A stretch of 64,000 nt of DNA from Candidatus Eiseniibacteriota bacterium (lineage in GTDB: Bacteria > Eisenbacteria > RBG-16-71-46 > CAVPCR01), in NCBI GenBank assembly GCA_963702435.1, contig CAVPCR010000002.1, positions 194,612 to 258,611 on the forward strand, read 5' to 3'. Shown here piece after piece: positions 61,195 through 64,000 of this stretch. Below the pieces are notes generated by a model. That model was not told the DNA's origin and ran no database searches. It worked only from the letters and a program-made list of their open reading frames with translations. Both the position numbers and the translations under genes were made by a program. The first letter of the stretch is position 1. The number at the start of each line of letters is the position of its first letter.

Positions 61195-63060
61195 ATGGCC
61201 GGCCTGTTCGCCGTCCTCTGTTTCGAGCCGGGAAGCGACACCCCGGCCCCGTTGCGGGCCAGGGCGCTCCTGGCGGAGCTCGCGGGCCTGCGGATGAAGG
61301 CTCCGTGGGAGCGCGAGGCCACAGCCGCCGCCGGCGGCGCGGCCGGTCTCGTCGCCGCCGCCGATCGGCCCGCGGCGCCCGGCGCGCACGGGGTGCCACC
61401 GGCGACCACGGAGCGCGGCGCGACCATCGCCGACCTGGGGAGCGCCGCGCTCGCCGCGACGGAGCGCGGCTTCGCGCTGGCGGTGGCCGGCGGTCCGGCC
61501 CCGGGTCTCGCGCGAGAGCTCCTCGCCGCGGCGGAGCGCGGCGAGCCGGCGGCGAGCGGGGGCGAGCCGCTCCTCTCCGTCCCTCACACCGCGCTCGCCA
61601 CGGACGGGACGCGGCTCGCGATCGCCGGCGATCCCGTCGGAGCGTGGCCCCTCTACCTGCGCCGCCTGCCCGACGGCATTGCCGTCGGCACCGCGGCGCT
61701 GCCGCTCGCGCGCCTCTCCCCCGCGCGCGACCTGGATCCGCTCGGTGTCGCCGAGCTCCTTGCTTTCGGGCAGCTCCTCGGTCCGCGCACGCTGTTCGCG
61801 GACGTGGAAGCGATGCCGCCGGGAGCGCGTGTCCTCGCGACGGCGGCGCGCACGACCACATCCCCGCTCGAGCGTCCCGCCCTTTCGCTCCCCCGCCGCT
61901 CGCTCGCGGCGGCCGCGGACCGGATCCTCGCCGCCCTGACCGCGGCCGTCGACCAGGCGCTCGCGCCCGGCGCTCGGCCGGGGCTCCTCCTCTCGGGGGG
62001 CCTCGACTCGCGGCTCCTCCTCGCGCTTCTCGCCACCCGCAGCGCGGAGATCACCGCGCTCACCTTCGGCGAGCCGGGCGCGGCCGATGAGCTCCTCGCG
62101 CGGCGCGCCGCCGCGATCGCCGGCGTCCCCCACCGCTTCGCGCCGTGGACCCCGGAGTCCCTGGCCCGCGTCCTCGTCCACGCGGTCGGGCTCACCGACG
62201 GTCACGTGCCGGCCGTGCACTTCCACGGCACCGACGCCCTGCCCGCGCTTCGCTCCGCCGCGACCGCCGAGTGGAACGGCTTCGCCGGGGACGCGATCCT
62301 CGGCGGCAGCTTCGCCCACCCGCGCTACGCGCTCCCCGGATCGCTCCCGGCGCGACTTTTCACGACATTCAATAGAATTCTGCAACCGGCAGAGCTCGGC
62401 CGCGTGCTCGCACCGGCCGCCGCCGCGGAGCTCTCCTCCGCGCCGCAGGCCGCGCTCGCGGCGGCGCTCCGCCGGGTGCCGCCCGGGCCCGCCGCCGAGC
62501 GTGCGCGCCGTTTCCTCCTCGCCGAGCGGGTCGGCCGGCTGGCCGCGGCCGGGCTCGCCATCGATCGCCACTATCTCCCGGTCATCACACCCTATGTCCA
62601 GGCGCCCGTGCTCGCCGCGATGGCGGAGATGCGCATGGCGGAGCGACGTTTCGGGCGCGCCCTGGCCCACGCCGTGGTCCGCAGTTTTCCGCGCCTGGCC
62701 GCCATTCCCTGGCAGCGGACGGGCGCCCCCCCCGGCACCCCGTGGCTGCTGGCCGCGCTTCGGCGCCAGGTCCTGGCTCTCGGCGGAAGCCGCGGCCGCA
62801 GCGCGCGTCGGCCGCTCGCCGACTACCGGGCCTGGTTCGCGGGGCCGCTCGCGCCGCTCCGCCGGCGCTATCTCCTCTCCCCCGCTCTCCGCGACCGCGC
62901 GCTGTTCTCGGCCGACGCGCTCGCCGCACTGGCCGCGGCTCCCGTCAGGAACGGACGGGACACGGCGCTCACCGGCGTGCTCATCGCCCTGGCGGTGGCG
63001 GCCGAGATCCGGGACGGCATGACGAACCCCCCGGGAGAGCTCGCGCCTCCCGGGGGGTGA
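61195..63060 (+). CDS. asparagine synthetase B-family protein lacking the N-terminal Cys nucleophile
   Basis: 621 aa. It begins MAGLFAVLCFE instead of MCG. PP-loop GLLLSGGLDSRLLLALL. There is no in-frame start upstream. Confidence 0.75.
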   Translation: MAGLFAVLCFEPGSDTPAPLRARALLAELAGLRMKAPWEREATAAAGGAAGLVAAADRPAAPGAHGVPPATTERGATIADLGSAALAATERGFALAVAGGPAPGLARELLAAAERGEPAASGGEPLLSVPHTALATDGTRLAIAGDPVGAWPLYLRRLPDGIAVGTAALPLARLSPARDLDPLGVAELLAFGQLLGPRTLFADVEAMPPGARVLATAARTTTSPLERPALSLPRRSLAAAADRILAALTAAVDQALAPGARPGLLLSGGLDSRLLLALLATRSAEITALTFGEPGAADELLARRAAAIAGVPHRFAPWTPESLARVLVHAVGLTDGHVPAVHFHGTDALPALRSAATAEWNGFAGDAILGGSFAHPRYALPGSLPARLFTTFNRILQPAELGRVLAPAAAAELSSAPQAALAAALRRVPPGPAAERARRFLLAERVGRLAAAGLAIDRHYLPVITPYVQAPVLAAMAEMRMAERRFGRALAHAVVRSFPRLAAIPWQRTGAPPGTPWLLAALRRQVLALGGSRGRSARRPLADYRAWFAGPLAPLRRRYLLSPALRDRALFSADALAALAAAPVRNGRDTALTGVLIALAVAAEIRDGMTNPPGELAPPGG

Positions 63061-63092
63061 GCAGGTGAACGACTGGTGGTCGGCCGCGCGGA

Positions 63093-64000
63093 CTAGTGCC
63101 CGTCGAGCACGCGCTTGAAGGCGCTGGCCATGATCCCGAACCCGGCCGCCACCTTCGACTCGCGCCGCTCTCCCTCGCCGGCCGGCTCGGCTGCGTCGCG
63201 TTCGCGATCCCGATCCCGCTCGCGCCGGCCACCGCGTGCTCCGTCGTGACCGTGTTCGCCGCCGCGCCCGCCCTCGCCGCGCGGTCGGGCGCCATCGCGC
63301 TCGCGCGTCTTGGCCCGTTCCTCGGCCGAACGCTGCGTCAGGCGGATGCGGCCGCGCTCGTCGATGCGCAGAACCTCCGCCTCGACTTCGCTCCCCGACG
63401 GGAAGGCCGAGGCGAGATCGGCACCCCGCTCGACATGCGTTTCATCGGCCGGCAGGAGTCCGTCGACGCCCGACACCGGCTCGTGGATGCGCACGAACAC
63501 GCCGTAGGGCTTCACGTTGGAGACCTTGCCCGCGACCGCCATGCCGACTTCGAGCTTGGGCCGCGGTGCGAGCTCCGGCAGATCGGTGGCCGGATCGAGC
63601 CGCCGCGAGAGCGAAAGCCGCTTGCGCCCCGGATCGAGTTCGAGCACGCGCACCTCGACGGTGTCGCCCTCGGTCACCGCTTCGCGCGGATGACGGACCT
63701 TCTGGCCGAGCTCGGTCACGTGGAGGAGCCCCTCGACGCCCGGCAGGACCTCGACGAACGCGCCGTAGTTCATGAGCCTGAGCACGCGCCCCTGGGCGAT
63801 GTCGCCGACCTTGAGCCGGTCCGCGACTCCGCCCCACGGATCGCCCTCGAGCGCCTTGGCCGAGAGCGAGATGCGTTCGTTCTTCTCGTCGCCCAGTTTC
63901 TCGATGCCGATCACCTTGACCCGCAGCGGCCCGCCGACCTGGACCACTTCCGCGGGGTCGACCACCCGCGCGTGGCGGAGCTCGGATACATGCACGAGAC
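63093..64000 (-). CDS. rpsA: S1 RNA-binding-domain repeat protein, ribosomal protein S1-like (5' end runs off the window)
   Basis: At least three S1 units (GDIAQGRVLRLMNYGAFVEVLPGVEGLLHVTEL, GMAVAGKVSNVKPYGVFVRI...GVDGLLPADE) and an Arg/Gly/Glu/Asp-rich tail. The frame stays open to position 64000. Confidence 0.8.
   Translation of the reverse strand, partial: LVHVSELRHARVVDPAEVVQVGGPLRVKVIGIEKLGDEKNERISLSAKALEGDPWGGVADRLKVGDIAQGRVLRLMNYGAFVEVLPGVEGLLHVTELGQKVRHPREAVTEGDTVEVRVLELDPGRKRLSLSRRLDPATDLPELAPRPKLEVGMAVAGKVSNVKPYGVFVRIHEPVSGVDGLLPADETHVERGADLASAFPSGSEVEAEVLRIDERGRIRLTQRSAEERAKTRERDGARPRGEGGRGGEHGHDGARGGRRERDRDRERDAAEPAGEGERRESKVAAGFGIMASAFKRVLDGH

Overview
High-GC (about 70% by eye) bacterial chromosomal segment, densely coding, with nearly all genes on the minus strand. 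The content is mostly core housekeeping. It holds a complete dcw cell-division and cell-wall cluster (mraZ-rsmH-ftsL-ftsI-murE-murF-mraY-murD-ftsW-murG-murC-murB-ftsQ-ftsA-ftsZ, 42.6-60.8 kb). It also holds recG, rpmB, valS, uvrB, an orphan groEL, coaX-tatC-nrdR-birA-nadC, uppP, two tRNAs (Phe-GAA, Thr-CGU) and partial glmM-like and rpsA-like genes at the two edges. Three accessory-looking blocks stand out. (1) A type IV pilus minor-pilin cluster at 4.65-8.7 kb: FimT/GspH-like, PilV-like, PilW-like, a 546-aa PilX/ComZ-like protein and a coupled 78-aa membrane ORF. (2) A 12-kb same-strand signalling array at 24-36 kb. In transcription order it is a PAS histidine kinase, a sigma-54 enhancer-binding response regulator, then a CheY-like regulator, a FliA-like sigma factor, a degenerate GAF-GGDEF protein and a REC-GAF-kinase. 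Further upstream on the same strand lie an MglA-like GTPase with a long C-terminal extension, a TPR protein and a 135-aa unknown. (3) A small plus-strand unit at 35.9-36.3 kb with a sigma-54-type promoter, a strong ribosome-binding site, an 83-aa Cys-rich ORF and a 15-bp terminator hairpin. By eye I found six good matches to the RpoN -24/-12 consensus in front of these accessory units. Two of them share an identical 14-mer. A second theme is sequence integrity. Five conserved genes (groEL, uvrB, valS, recG, murF) carry eight single-base indels, judged by hand against known family sequences. These are more likely assembly or sequencing errors than real pseudogenes. I saw no CRISPR array, transposase, integrase, rRNA or recognisable defence system. 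Product calls rest on motif recognition from memory, not on database searches.
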